Below are positions 23,101 to 36,320 of a stretch of DNA of 64,000 nt, piece after piece; the stretch's first letter is position 1, and each line of letters opens with the position of its first letter. Made by a program: the position numbers and the translations under genes. The notes under the pieces were generated by a model. The model saw nothing but the letters and a program-made list of their open reading frames with translations, did not search any database and was not told the origin of the DNA. The stretch lies in assembly GCA_964016885.1 (NCBI GenBank), contig OZ024740.1, positions 35,278,001-35,342,000 on the forward strand, written 5' to 3'. The DNA comes from Eledone cirrhosa (taxonomy: Eukaryota).

Positions 23101-26049
23101 GGCTTCATAGACGAGGACCCGGCTACTGGAAGCTAAACGCGTCCTTACCAGCGCGCAAGGCCTACAGAGACCGGATTAGCGAACTAGTTAAGCGGGCGTT
23201 GACGGGGGCCATCGTCAACAACAAGTGGTGGTTTGCTCTGAAAAGAGCAATTAGAATAGAGTCCATTATGTTTAGTAAGACTTTAGCAATAGAGAAAAAT
23301 AGAGCAGAGGGAGAATTAGTTAGAAAATTAGGTGAGGCGCTTAGCAAAGGCATCGCGACCGACGTACTTGCGGCGAAATTGGCCCTTGACCAATTCTTCA
23401 AAGCAAAGCACGAAGGCTGCGTTGTCAGAGCTAGGGTGCGTGCTCTCAGACACGAGGGGACGAAAGCCGTTCAATGGGCCCGAGTGGCGGAGGCGCGTCG
23501 TGGCAACAAAGCCACGATCCGGTCTTTGGTGGACCACGACGGGCGCATGCTACTCGATCCCGGGTAAATGTGTGAAGCTTTTCAGCGACACTTCGCTCGA
23601 CTGTTCGGGGGCAGTGGCGGGCCGGATCGAGGGATGGACTTTAGTGTCTACCTCGACGGACTACCGCGGCTTTCGGCCACTGAGGCGGAGTGTTGCGAAA
23701 AGCCGATAACAACCGCTGAAGTACGGGATGCAATGACTAGTTGCACAAGGGGTAAATCGCCTGGTTTGGATGGTATGCCCTATGAACTTTACGTACAAAT
23801 GCCAAACTTGTTCGGAGGCCTCTTGGCGGACGTCTACTGCAACTGGCAACAGAACGGGAGAATTCCCAGCTCTGTGAGCCGAGGAGCGGTGGCGCTGCTG
23901 AGAAAGGATCCGAACAAGGGGGATAACATAGATAATTTTAGGCCCATAACTCTGCTAAACACAGAGTTCAAGATTTTGGCCAAGGTGCTAGCAAAGAGGT
24001 TGGCGCTTGTCGTTGGTGGTCTGGTGGGAGAGGCACAGACATGCGCCATTCCCGACAGATCCATCCACGACAACCTCCACCTCATGCGATACATCGTAGA
24101 GAGGGTAGCTAGGGAACCTGGCACGGGTGGGTCTTTGATCAATTTAGATCAGTCGAAAGTCTTCGATAGGGTCGACCATCGTTACCTAACGGCAGTCCTG
24201 AGGGCGGCTGGCTTTGGGCCCGTCTTCAGAGGCTGGATCGCTGCCATGCACAGCGACATCTGCTCTGTAGTGAGAGTGAACGGTCACCTTTCGGAACCGT
24301 TCAACATCATGCGCTCGGTCCGCCAAGGATGTCCCCTCTCGTCCCTATTGTACGTATTGACTCTCGAGCCATTACTGCACAAACTGGAGACGTTGAGGTG
24401 GGTCCCGCGCGAACTAGGATGCGCAAGATCCGTGTCAGCATATGCCGACGATGTCACCGTAGTGGTGTCGAACGCCAAACACATCGAGGCGATCGGCACT
24501 ACACTAAGAGAATACGAAGCGGTGACAGGAGCAATGATCAACCAGGAAAAGTCAGTGGGCCTGCAGCTCGGCACCTGGAGAGGCAGGTCCATGCCGTACA
24601 ACAGCGTCGTCGGGCGCTGGACGGACGGACCGGTTAAATTGCTAGGGGTCTGGTTCGGTCCAGACCTCCAGACGGACAAAAACTGGGACGAGGTGACGAG
24701 CAGGGTGGCTTCTCTCACCCAGAAATGGGCCGAGAGGAAGCTATCCCTGAAAGGTCGAGCAGAGGTGGCGAATGCGTACATCGCATCCGTCATCTACTAC
24801 CGCCTGACCGTCGTACCTTGTCCTAAGCCCCGCCTGACTGCGCTGGAGCGTTTGCTCTTTCGCTTCTTGTGGAAGGGACGCGCTCCGATGGTCAGGCGGT
24901 CCATCTGCTGTCAACACCCGCTACGTGGAGGGCTGGGCATGCCGTGGCTGATGATGCGCAGACGCGCGCTAAGGCTACGACATCTCCACCTCTTCCTCGA
25001 CGGTGATCAGGTGTGGTCGCCGTTTGCAAGACACGTTTTTCCCCAGCTCGTCTCCTTGACGGAGCTGCAGTCCTGGGTCAAGCGAAGACCGAGAGGGAGC
25101 GCTTGGAGACTGGAATGTCTTCAGGCGCTCACAGCCCTCGACCAATCGGGCAATGTGATCGGTGGAAACTCCACCTTGGCGTTCTATAGGGGATTAGTGG
25201 AGGGGAAGAGCGACAACGTACTTGGAGAAACTCTAGGCGTCGACGAAAATCAACTAGCCAATCTCTTCGGAAGGACTTTCGGGCCGGGGCCTATGGACAA
25301 CTTCCAGAAATCCCTGGCCTGGCAGTGCTACCGAGGAGCTTTGCCAGTTCGGGATAAACTCTACAGGCATGGATGTGCCGTCAGCCGGGCATGTCCGAGA
25401 TGCGCGCAGGGCGACGAAACCGTCCTGCACGCACTCGTCCAGTGTCCGAGCATTGCTGACTTGTGGGTTTATGTCGAACACCTGCTGTCACGTGTAGGAC
25501 CTATCCGGCTATCAGCTGAGTCCATCGTGAGGATTGCCCCGCCCCCTTCCTTTAGCCTGGAAGGGCAGGCAGTTTTTATCTGTCTGGTGGCCATGGCGAA
25601 AGAGATAGTATGGTGGACACGTTTGAAAGGGCTGAAGACGAGCACTTACCTCTTCGGTGATGCCCTGATTAACTTTTTCAAATTTCATTTGAAAAGGAAA
25701 ATCAGGGTAGAGAGGGAAGTGCTCTCTTCCCAGCATTTTGTTGAAAGATGGGTGAGAGAAGCAAGTATGGCCCGAATGAATGGGCCTTCTCTGAGTATGT
25801 GTCTGTAAATTAAAGGTGGAAAACTGGGAGAGGGCACTTGCCCTGGTGGTCAGGGCCACTGTGGTCTTTTAATGGGCTTTCTCCACAAATGTCCCTTGGA
25901 ACTCTTCCCCCTATTGGGGAATTTTTCTTTGTTATTTTATTTCAACCTCTGTTTTTTACACGCAGAAATGCCCATTTGTACCGTCCTGTATTGTCCTGTA
26001 CTGTCCTTAATGTCTACTTTATGTGAACCCTTGTGGTTAATAAAGAAAA

Positions 26050-26050
<1 letters not shown>
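20157..26050 (+). mobile_element. Tx1/L1-clade family A copy 2 (full length)
   Basis: Same termini as copy 1. ORF1 ~20366-22354 has frameshifts and a TAA at 22031-22033; ORF2 22389-25808 has one in-frame TAA at 23565-23567. Confidence 0.93.
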
Positions 26051-26113
<63 letters not shown>

Positions 26114-29100
26114 GGCGACCTACGTAGTAAATCGTATCATCGTGAGCTCCGCAAAGGTTTGTTATTTTCAGTTATTTAAAATTGCCATTTATGTAAAATT
26201 TTTATTGTTAACTATATATAAGTACACATACATTGATTTCTGAAAAGGACACTCAAAAATATTGGGGCCTTGAGCCCAAAATTTAAACTTTTTATAATTA
26301 TCAAACAAAAAATTTTTTCTTTGAAAAATAATGGATGACTCAGATTCACTCCTTCCTCACAATCCAACACCTCACACCGACACCACCATTGTAAACATTG
26401 CTACGTTTGCCAACACTGGAATTGTAAGCAGTAGCAATATTTTAAATTTGTCTCAGGCAGACGTTCATTTCCCGCCATTACCAATGACTGCAGGTGTTAA
26501 AGCTGCCACCACCACGCCACCACCACAGCGACAACCACCACCCCCACCACTACCACAGCGACAACTGAAACAAAAGAAAAAAAAATTAACTCATGATATC
26601 GAAATAAATTCAACCAAAATGAACTATTCCACACCGAACACCACTGACGCCACCACCACCACCACAACTGAAACTAAAATTAACAATAGCAAAAATAACG
26701 ATAATAACAACAGCAACAATGAAATTAAGAAAACTACCCTGAGTTTTGCCAGAGTAGCAAAAACGTGCGAAGCGATTCAGGTAACTCAGGAAGAATTAGA
26801 CGAAGCCAAAAAAATGGTAAAACCTCACCCCCCACCTAATAAAATGGAGCAACGTCGCCTATGCACCGTGTCTTATCGGACAATAAACATAAAATCGCGC
26901 CGAGTGGAACGGGCATCTGAGTCCCAAATCCAAAAAGCTTTGGGACATGTGTGGGCAAAAAACCCCCACATCATACGTGGGCAGAAGTATGGAACCGTGG
27001 ACGTGTTCTTTGAAACACCACAGGAGGCCAGAGAACACTCCATGGCCCCATTAAGAAGTGAAGACTTCACACTCATCCCAAGCTATTGTGGCCAGAGACT
27101 TGTGAAGATCAGGGTGACCCACGTTCCACCGGCCATCGAAATTCCCTGGCTAATGGCGGCCGTCCTCGCCGGCATCGAGGCAAACACCAAAATAATAGAA
27201 ATAGCAAAAGAAAAGCAGGAGAACTGGTCCGGATCTGGGATGGAGCTCCTGATCCAAGCGGACCATAAAAGCATTGAAGAGATCCCAGCGGTAATAGACC
27301 TCACTGACGGCAGCCACCTCACCGTAATCGTCGAGGGCAGAAGACCTAGGTGTGTCGTTTGTGGTGAAGGGACCCACCTAAGGGCTTTCTGCCCTCAGGC
27401 TAAAAGGTTGAGGCCACCTCTCTTACCCACCCCAGTGACTCAACCATCAACACCACCAGCAGCAGAAATAGCAGCAACAACTGTAGCAGCGACAACAGAA
27501 GCAACTGTAACAGCAACAACCCCAGCAACAGTAGCAAAACCAACACCACCACCACCCAACACCCCAGAACTAGCACCAGCGCCTACACCATCCACCACGC
27601 CTCAACCAAAACCAACGCCTGTGGAGGATTTTCCACTCCCCGGCTTATCGCAACTGGAGACAGATTGTGACGACGAGGAGTGGGAAACGGTATCAAGAAA
27701 AAAGAAAAAAAAAAGAAACCAAAAAACAAAAAATTCTCTTCCTTCCCCCTCAAAAAACAAAATACAGAGGGAAACAAATAAATTATCGAACAAGAAAGTT
27801 AAGACAGATATGCCACCATCCACACCAGCATCACCAACCCCATCACCACAAACACCAACACCATCACCATCATTAACCCCAACACCACCATCACCAACAC
27901 CACAAAAGTCACCAAAAAGCGTAACAGAAACAAACCCACAACAAACGCAAACAAAACAAAACAACCAAAACGATACACACTACACAGCATTAAATTTGAA
28001 CAACAACCAATTATTACACTACATCTAACACAACACCAGCATCACAGAAAAAGACTACACAACAACCCAAATGTTCACACCACATCCACACATACAAATC
28101 ACTCGCATCACACAGAAAACGTACACGACACTAAAACAAAAATTCCCCAAAGACATCGGAGACTTCCGACAAATACTCTCCAGGAGGATTTATAAGGACA
28201 TCCTTCCGGAGGAGGCCACAAGCAGTGAAAAGGATGGACAAACCATCCTTCCTTTACGAGAAGTAAGGTAAGTGGTCTTTCCCATCTTTTCCACTCCATT
28301 TCAACATGACCTCACTCAGAATAGGCAGCATAAATGCGCGTGGCTTGGGGTCGTCATGGAAGCAGGGCCACCTGCTCAACGACCTCAGGTCACTAAACAT
28401 AGATGTAGTGGCCATCAGCGAGACCAGAATCTCTGAAGCACGGGCCTTCGCACCGATCTTCGGCGGCTACGATGTGTTCGCATCTCCCAGCCGTCCTGGA
28501 TCGGGGGGTGGAGTTGCTGTGCTTTTTTGGAGAGGTTTGATCTCGCCATACGAGCCATCTTCCTGGACCCAGAAGGTAAGTTGGTGGTGCTGGACGTGAC
28601 CAGCGGAGACGGGCAAGCTTTCAGGCTAGTGGCCGTCTATGCCCCGACAGGAGCAGGGCGGCCTGATTTCTTCCGGCGTCTGGAGACCTTTCTTGGAACG
28701 TCCCGCTCTTTAGTGTTAGTGGGCGACTGGAACGGGATCTTAAATGCACGCTGGGACTGTGTGGGATTAGCGGATATCGGAGGAGGGTGCAAGAGTCTCA
28801 CCAACCTGCTCAGGCGTTTTGAAATGTCTGACAGGTACCGATTGGATTCCCGAATGTGCCAATGTGGACTTGGACAAATCGCATAGGGTCATCCAGATCA
28901 TATCTAGATAGAGTATTTTGTAGAGAAATAGATAGGTCTAGCATAGGCTGTCCACAATTCAAGATAGTCAGCTACACAGACCACAAATTCATGATCTGTG
29001 TACTTGACTTAGATAAGGCTTCATAGACGAGGACCCGGCTACTGGAAGCTAAACGCGTCCTTACCAGCGCGCAAGGCCTACAGAGACCGGATTAGCGAAC

Positions 29101-31899
29101 TAGTTAAGCGGGCGTTGATGGGGGCCAAGTGGTGATTTTCTCTGAAAAGAGCAATTAGAATAGAGTCCATTAGGTTTAGTAAGGCTTTAGCAATAGAGAA
29201 AAATAGAGCAGAGGGAGAATTAGTTAGAAAATTAGACGATGCGCTTTGCAAAGGCATCGCGACCGACGTGCTTGCGGCAAAATTGGCCCTTGACCAATTC
29301 TTCAATGCAAAGCACGAAGGCTGCGTTGTCAGAGCTAGGGTGCGTGCTCTCAGATACGAGGGGACGAAAGCCGTTCAATGGGCCCGAGTGGCGGAGGCGC
29401 GTCGTGGCAACAAAGCCACGATCCGGTCTTTGGTGGACCACGACTGGCGCATGCTACTCGATCCCGGGCAAATGTGTGAAGCTTTTCAGAGACACTTCGT
29501 TCAGTGGTTCGGGGGCAGCGGCGGGCCGGATCGAGGGATGGACTTTAGTATCTACATCGACGGACTGCCGCGGCTCTCGGCCACTGAGGCGGAGTGTTGC
29601 GAAAAGCCGATAACAGCCGCTGAAGTACGGGAGGCAATGACTAGCTGCACAAGGGGTAAATCGCGTGGTTTTGGATGGTCTGCCCTATGAACTTTACGTA
29701 CAGATGCCAGACTTGTTCAGAGGCCTCTTGGCGGACGTCTACTGCAACTGGCAACAGAACGAGAGAATTTCAAGCTCTGTGAGCCGAGGAGCTGTGGCGC
29801 TGCTGAGAAAGGATCCGAACAAGGGGGATAACAGATAATTTTAGGCCCATAACTCAGCTAAACACAGAGTTCAAGATTTTGGCCAAGGTGCTAGCAAAGA
29901 GTTTGGTGCTTGTCGCTGGTGGTCTGGTGGGAGAGGCGCAGACATGCGCCATTCCCGACAGATCCATCCACGACAACCTCCACCTCATGCGATACATCGT
30001 AGAGAGGGTAGCTAGGGAACCTGGCACGGGTGGGTCCTTGATCAATTTAGATCAGTCGAAAGCTTCCTATAGGGTCGACCATCATTACCTAGCGGCAGTC
30101 CTGAGGGCGGCTGGCTTTGGCCCGTCTTCAGAGGCTGGATCGCTGCCATGCACAGCAACATCTGCTCTGTGGTGAGAGTGAACGGTCACCTTTCGGAACC
30201 GTTCAACATCATGCACTCGGTCCGCCAAAGATGTCCCCTCTCGTCCCTCTTGTACGTATTGACTCTCGAGCCATTACTGCACAAACTGGAGACGTTGAGG
30301 GGCGTCCCGCGCGAACTAGGATGCGCAAGATCCGTGTCAGCATATGCGGACGATGTCACCGTAGTGGTGTCGAACGCCAAACACATCGAGGCGATCGGCA
30401 CTACACTAAGAGAATACGAAACGGTGACAGGAGCAATGATCAACCAGGAAAAGTCAGTGGGCCTGCAGCTCGGCACCTGGATAGGCAGGTCCATGCCGTC
30501 CAACAGCGTCGTCGGGCGCTGGACGGACGGACCTGTTAAATTGCTCGGGGTCTGGTTCGGTCCGGACCTCCAGACGGACAAAAACTGGGACGAGGTGACG
30601 AGCAGGGTGGCTTCTCTCACCCAGAAATGGGCCGAGAGGAAGCTATCCCTGAAAGGTCGAGCGGAGGTGGCTAACGCGTATATCACGTCCGTCATCTACT
30701 ACCGCCTGACCGTCGTACCTTGTCCTAAGCCCCGCCTGACTGCGCTGGAGCGTTTGCTCTTTCGCTTTTTGTGGAATGGACGCGCTCCGATGGTCAGGCA
30801 GTCCATCTGCTGTCAACACCCGCTACGTGGAGAGCTGGGCATGCCGTGGCTGATGATGCGCAGACACGCGCTCAGGATACGACATCTCCAGCTCGTCTCC
30901 TTGACGGAGCTGCAGTCCTGGGTCAAGCGAAGACCGAGAAGGAGCGCTTGGAGTCTGGAATGTCTTCAGGCGCTCACAGCCCTCGACCAATCGGGCAATG
31001 TGATCGGTGGAAACTCTACCTTGGCGTTCTATAGAGGATTAGTGGAGGGGAAAAGCGTCGACGTACTTCGAGAAACTCTAGGCGTCGACGAAAATCAACT
31101 AGCCAATCTCTTCGGAAGGACTTTCGGCCGGGGCCTATGGACAACTTCCAGAAATCCCTGGCCTGTCAGTGCTACCGGGAGCTTTGCCAGGTCGAGATAA
31201 ACTCTACAGGCATGGAGGTGCCGTCAGCCGGGCATGTCCGAGATGCGCGCAGGGCGACGAAACCGTCCTGCACGCACTCGTCCAGTGTTCGAGCATTGCT
31301 GACTTGTGGGTTTATGTCGAACACCTGCTGTCGCGTGTGGAACGGATCCAGCTAACAGCTGAGTCCATCGTGAGGATTGCCCCGCCCTCTTCCTTTAGCC
31401 GGGAAGGGCAGGCAGTTTTTATCTGTCTGGTGGCCATGGCGAAAGAGATAGTATGGTGGACACGTTTGAAAGGGCTGAAGACGAGCACTTACCTCTTCGA
31501 TGATGCCCTGATTAACTTTTTCAAATTTCATTTGAAAAGGAAAATCAGGGTAGAAAGAGAAGTGCTCTCTTCCCAGCATTTTGTTGAAAGATGGGTGAGA
31601 GAGGCAAGAATGGTCCGAGTGAATGGGCCTACTCTGAGTATGTGTCTGTAAATTAAAGGTGGAAAACTGGGAGAGGGCACTTGCCCTGGTGGTCAGGGTC
31701 ACTGTGGCTTTTTAATGGGCTTTCTCCACCAATGTCCCTCGGAAGTCTCCCCCCTATTGGGGAATTTTTTTCATTGTTCTATTATTACATCCTCTGTTTC
31801 CTTTTTTTACACGCAGAAATGCCCATTTGTACCGCCCTGTATTGTCCTGTACTGTCCTTAATGTCTACTTTATGTAAACCCTTGTGGTTAATAAAGAAA
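26114..31899 (+). mobile_element. Tx1/L1-clade family A copy 3 (full length, most decayed)
   Basis: Directly tandem to copy 2 through (TTA)n at 26051-26113. ORF1 26331-28271 has a TAA at 28026-28028; ORF2 28306-31651 has several frameshifts and small deletions; degenerate TTA tail to ~31937. Confidence 0.92.
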
Positions 31900-32043
31900 T
31901 AATAATTATTATTATTATTATTTTTATTATTATTATCATATATATATATCTAGTGTAGGTAGTACGGTGAAATACTGGTGTTGGTACCAAATCAAGCACT
32001 CTATGCACAGGTAGAGTGTATATAATACAAAAAAACAATGAAA

Positions 32044-32316
32044 TTTCGTTTACATATGAACAATATTTATGCGTATCGACCTGTTACGCGCGTTTCGCAG
32101 AGGATTGACTCAAGGTGACTCATAGGAGTTATGGACCCGACTCCAATATCGATCTGCTCCTCAGACTAGTGATGCGACAAAAGATATCACCAATCTGAGG
32201 AGCGGATTGATATTGGAGTCGGGTACATAACTCCTATGGGTCACCTTGAGCCAATCCTCTGTGAAACGAGCGTAACAGGTCGATACGCAATAAATATTTT
32301 ACATATGTAAACGAAA
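32044..32316. repeat. ~120-bp-arm inverted repeat (32044-32165 / 32194-32316), probably from a Penelope-like pLTR
   Basis: Arms are imperfect reverse complements around a ~28-nt spacer; each has hammerhead core boxes. Confidence 0.85.
32079..32170 (-). ncRNA. Hammerhead-ribozyme-like motif (type I, palindromic stem III); mirror copy on + at 32195-32280
   Basis: Minus strand reads ACTAGT-CTGAGGA-GCAGA...TCTGC-GAAA-CGCGCG-TA-ACAGGT; stem I is imperfect. Confidence 0.6.
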
Positions 32317-33383
32317 CTTCCTCAGACTAGCAACTGCTAATTTTTGACCGCCTTCTCGCCTTGGGCATTTCTCTCTGCTTTTCAGCCCCATGGATTGTGT
32401 CTATGATTATATTCCTTTGTTAAATTTCGAATACCTGATGCTGTCACCAGATTCATACTGAACCCGGTCATTGAAATGTTCATAGTATAATAAATCTTTA
32501 AGGAATTCCACCAGTCCAGCCTCCTGTTATTTTATAATAAATAACTCCGTACTCGCACCACCACCACACAAACGAAGACGGGTGAGTTGCTGCTTGACCC
32601 TCTGACCACTTCTCTGCACACACAGACACGCACCCCTCTCCACCTGTCATTCTCCTCTACCCTCCTCCTGCCTTGACCCTCTGACCACTTCCTGTTGCGC
32701 GCGCACCCCCACATCTCCCCTCTTACGACCAACACAATCACGGATTACACACCATTGGTCATCGTTCCCACCATCAACTCCATCACAAGGAAAATATCCG
32801 GCAGCTCACCACATCCTCTACGGAACTACCTTAGGAACTTATCCACGGACATACACTCACAAACATTTTTTTCGAACCACGCCACCTACATCCACAATAC
32901 GTATAAATTGGTCATACATGGGTTTTAATATTGATAGTGATTGGTCATACAAGGTCTTAATATTGATAGTGATTGGTCTTACAGATGTTAGATGTAATAG
33001 GATCGAATCTTTGAAATTTGTGACTGACAAAAAATAAAGTACTAAATAAAGAACGTATGTTTAGAAAAGTTTGATCGGAATTTGAAAATTGAATTAGAAG
33101 ATATCACCGCGACTCTGACTAAATAAAATCCAATCCAATTCAGAGCCTTCTCATTCCTGTTGAAGGAACCCCTCCCTGGTTGACCTCTACGGCTCTCTGT
33201 TTGGCTTTGGCCATGTCAGGGGTGTAGCCATACTTATTACGCTTGGCCAATTGCGGGTTGGTGAGGTTATTTAACTCATAGTTGGGGTGGAAGGTACCAT
33301 GTAACCCACTACAATCTGTTTCGTGGTCTGGTGATGATGGTAAGTGGAACCCAAGCAGTTTATAAATATTATTATATTTCGTG

Positions 33384-33705
33384 ATGGTCATTTTGCGAAT
33401 TTTGCCAATAAAAACACACGGGCTATTCTATTTTCACTTCATCTTTATTATTAGTTTTTAATTAATTCGTCAAAGCTTTGACGAATTAATTAATAACTTA
33501 TAATAAAGCTGAAGTGAAAACCGAATAGTGCGCGTGTATTTATTGGCAAAATGACCATCCTCAAATACCAGTTTTATTATGAGTTATTAATTAGTTTGTC
33601 AAAGATTTGATGAATTAACCAAAAACTAATAATAAAGCTGAAGACAAAACCGAATAGTCCATGTGTTTTTATTGACAAAATTGGGGAAATGACCATCTTC
33701 AAATA
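33384..33705. repeat. Small fold-back/MITE-like palindrome centred on CGTCAAAG|CTTTGACG (33475/33476) plus a second partial copy; mirrored at ~41770-42090
   Basis: ATGGTCATTTTGC...GGCAAAATGACCAT arms with no central spacer. Confidence 0.8.
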
Positions 33706-33773
33706 CAACATTATCTATTTCAACATATCAAGAATCTTGCAAAAAAAATACATAAACGTAGCAGATTATAAAA

Positions 33774-33912
33774 CTAGTAAGAAAGTGCAGTATTTTAAAT
33801 GTTGTAAAGCTAGTAAGAAAGTGCAGTATTTTAAATGTTGTAAAGCTAGTAAGAAAATGTAATATTTTAAATGTTGTAAAGCTAGTAAGAAAATGTAAAA
33901 TTTTAAATGTAA
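33774..33912. repeat. 36-bp minisatellite, ~4 units (mirrored at ~41560-41700)
   Basis: CTAGTAAGAAAGTGCAGTATTTTAAATGTTGTAAAG repeats. Confidence 0.9.
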
Positions 33913-34493
33913 AACTGTCTGGAGTAGGAATCAAATTTATAACATGGTTTATCCATATCAATGTAAATTCCCGATATAATTGTTATTTCCTAATCAATTC
34001 TATTACCTGTTCCAGCCGACAGGCTGAGACCATGATAGAATAAGGATATTTTTTTAATAAAGTTATATACTATTTTAAAGGATATTTTTCAATTATATAT
34101 ATTCAAATACAATTTTTAAAAAAACCAAACCATAAAAAATTACCTTCAGCAAATGGGTTTGACGGATCGTCTGCCATTGTTAGTGTTCCTTTCTTATATG
34201 TTTGTTAATGCAATGTAATGCGACAGTTTAAATTTATTTTTTCTCCTAAGAAATTCTTCAGATTTTCAATATATTTCAGTACATTTGCTCCTATCGCTCT
34301 CAGTTCAAAAAGTATCAATATCGTTTATTGGTACATTTTACATTTCTAATTTAATATGCTAATACATATAATTAGAAGGGTTTTCCCTATTTCTATACCT
34401 TTTTAAATATATCAGAATATCAATCAATAATTTTCTGTACTTCATAATTATATATTAGTTCATAAAATTGTGTGTATCTATATGTATATGGAT

Positions 34494-34528
<35 letters not shown>

Positions 34529-35181
34529 GGATTGTACATATATGTATGATGTGTGTGTGTGTGTATAGGGATTGTACATATATGTATGTATGATGCGTGT
34601 ATGTGTTCGTATGTATAGGGATTGTACATATGTGTGATGTGTGTGTGTGTTTATTTGTATGTCACATATATATATATATATATGTGTCTGTTTGCATGTA
34701 CGTATATATATTCATGTGTGTGTGTGTACGTGGATGTGTAATATACTAGCACGTGTATATGAGAGAATGCGGGAGATAATTAATTAGTTTATGAGAGAGA
34801 GGTGGGAGATAATATATGTATGAGAGAAGGGGGAGATAATTGTTGTATGAGAGAGAGAGGGAGGTAATTAGTGCAACAGCAGTGCATAATATTTCGAACT
34901 TTTATTTCTATAGAAAAAAAAATGTTTTTAATCAATATATAGTTTTAATTGTAATTAGCATTATATATTCACCTCCAATGTCCTTATATATTTATTTCAA
35001 CAGTCATTTGTGTGCGGAGGGCGTATACGTGTGTGGATGTGTATATAAGTATGCGTGTGTCTATGTGCGTGTATACAGGAGGTAAAAATATTTTACAATT
35101 TTCTTTCCTTCAACACCCTGTCCCCAAATCTCGTTAACCACTCCTTACATAACAAGCAAGTACATATACATTATATATATA

Positions 35182-35460
35182 TGGTAAAGGGTAAAGACCC
35201 CCTTCGATTACGAATGACCATGGGATTTGCACCTAGAAAGCTCTCCTTGAAGAACAGCAAACACCCATGTATACCAGTCCTGCCTCGCCACGTCACCGAT
35301 GTTGTCCAAGGGAAAGGCTAAGTCCCATACAGCTTGGAACCAGTGACGTCGCAACTCATTTCTACAGCTGAGTGAATTGGAGCGACGTGCTATAAAGCGT
35401 CTTGTTCAAGGACCAACCACACGATTGCAAGCCCAACGCTCTAACCACTAAACCATATGC
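35182..35460 (-). mobile_element. SINE-like repeat (mirrored at ~39995-40272)
   Basis: tRNA-like head (TGGTTTAGTGGTTAGAGCG) and a body related to the repeats at 43778 and 45531. Confidence 0.55.
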
Positions 35461-35484
35461 ATTTACTAAATAAATATGTCGATG

Positions 35485-36180
35485 AGTGTGGGGCTGAGAA
35501 TGAATGAGATTAAGACGAAGTATCTGGTTGAGAATATTAAGAAGCCAGAGAAGATTACTCATGTAGGCGGGAAGCCGCTAGAATTGGTTGAGGACTTCCT
35601 GTACTTGGGAGCAAAGATTGGGAATACGGAAGATGATGTGGTCGAGAGGAAGAGCAAAGCCTGGGCGACGTGCTACAGCTTCAGATCGGTGTGGAAGTCG
35701 GACCTTCGTAAAAGACCTGAAGATCCGCCTCTTCGTTGCTGTAGTCTGTGCTGTTGTATGGGTCTCAGACTTGGACACTGACCAAGAAACTCACTCAAAT
35801 GGTGAATGGATGCTACACGAAAATGCTGTGGATGGCTCTGAATATTAATCAGTATACACTGAGGATGAAGAACTCAGAGCTGTACGGGAGCCTCCCAAAT
35901 GTCAGCTCCAGAGTAGCACAGAGGAGACTGAGGTTAGCTGGACATGCTCACCGACATCCAGAGTTGACACTGCACTCAGTGCTCCTGTAGGAACCCCTGC
36001 ATGGACACACTGGAAGAGGAAGACCGAGGTTAACATATGTTGATGCCCTAAGGACATACACTGGTATCTTGGAGATGCAGGACATGGCAGCGATAATGAG
36101 GGACAGAGACAGCTGAAGAGAACTCGTCCATGGATCTCGGGAATCTTACCCGCCCTAGACATAGACCACATATGACTCCG
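35485..36180 (+). mobile_element. RTE-clade LINE 3' fragment, frameshifted (mirrored at ~39275-39970 on -)
   Basis: GLRMNEIKTKYL, VEDFLYLG, LKIRLF, LLYGSQTWTLTK..GCYTKMLWMAL. Confidence 0.75.
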
Positions 36181-36253
36181 TTAATTTATTTTCATATATA
36201 TATATATATATATATAATATAAGATCAAAAGATGGTTAAAGGAGTTCCATATA

Positions 36254-36320
36254 TTTTATTATGCGCATTTCAAAAACAAACATCATCATGCAATAATATT
36301 TGTGTTTTCATCAGATAAAA
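36254..36320 (-). ncRNA. Hammerhead ribozyme, inverted duplicate of 39134-39200
   Basis: Reverse complement of the + strand motif. Confidence 0.75.
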
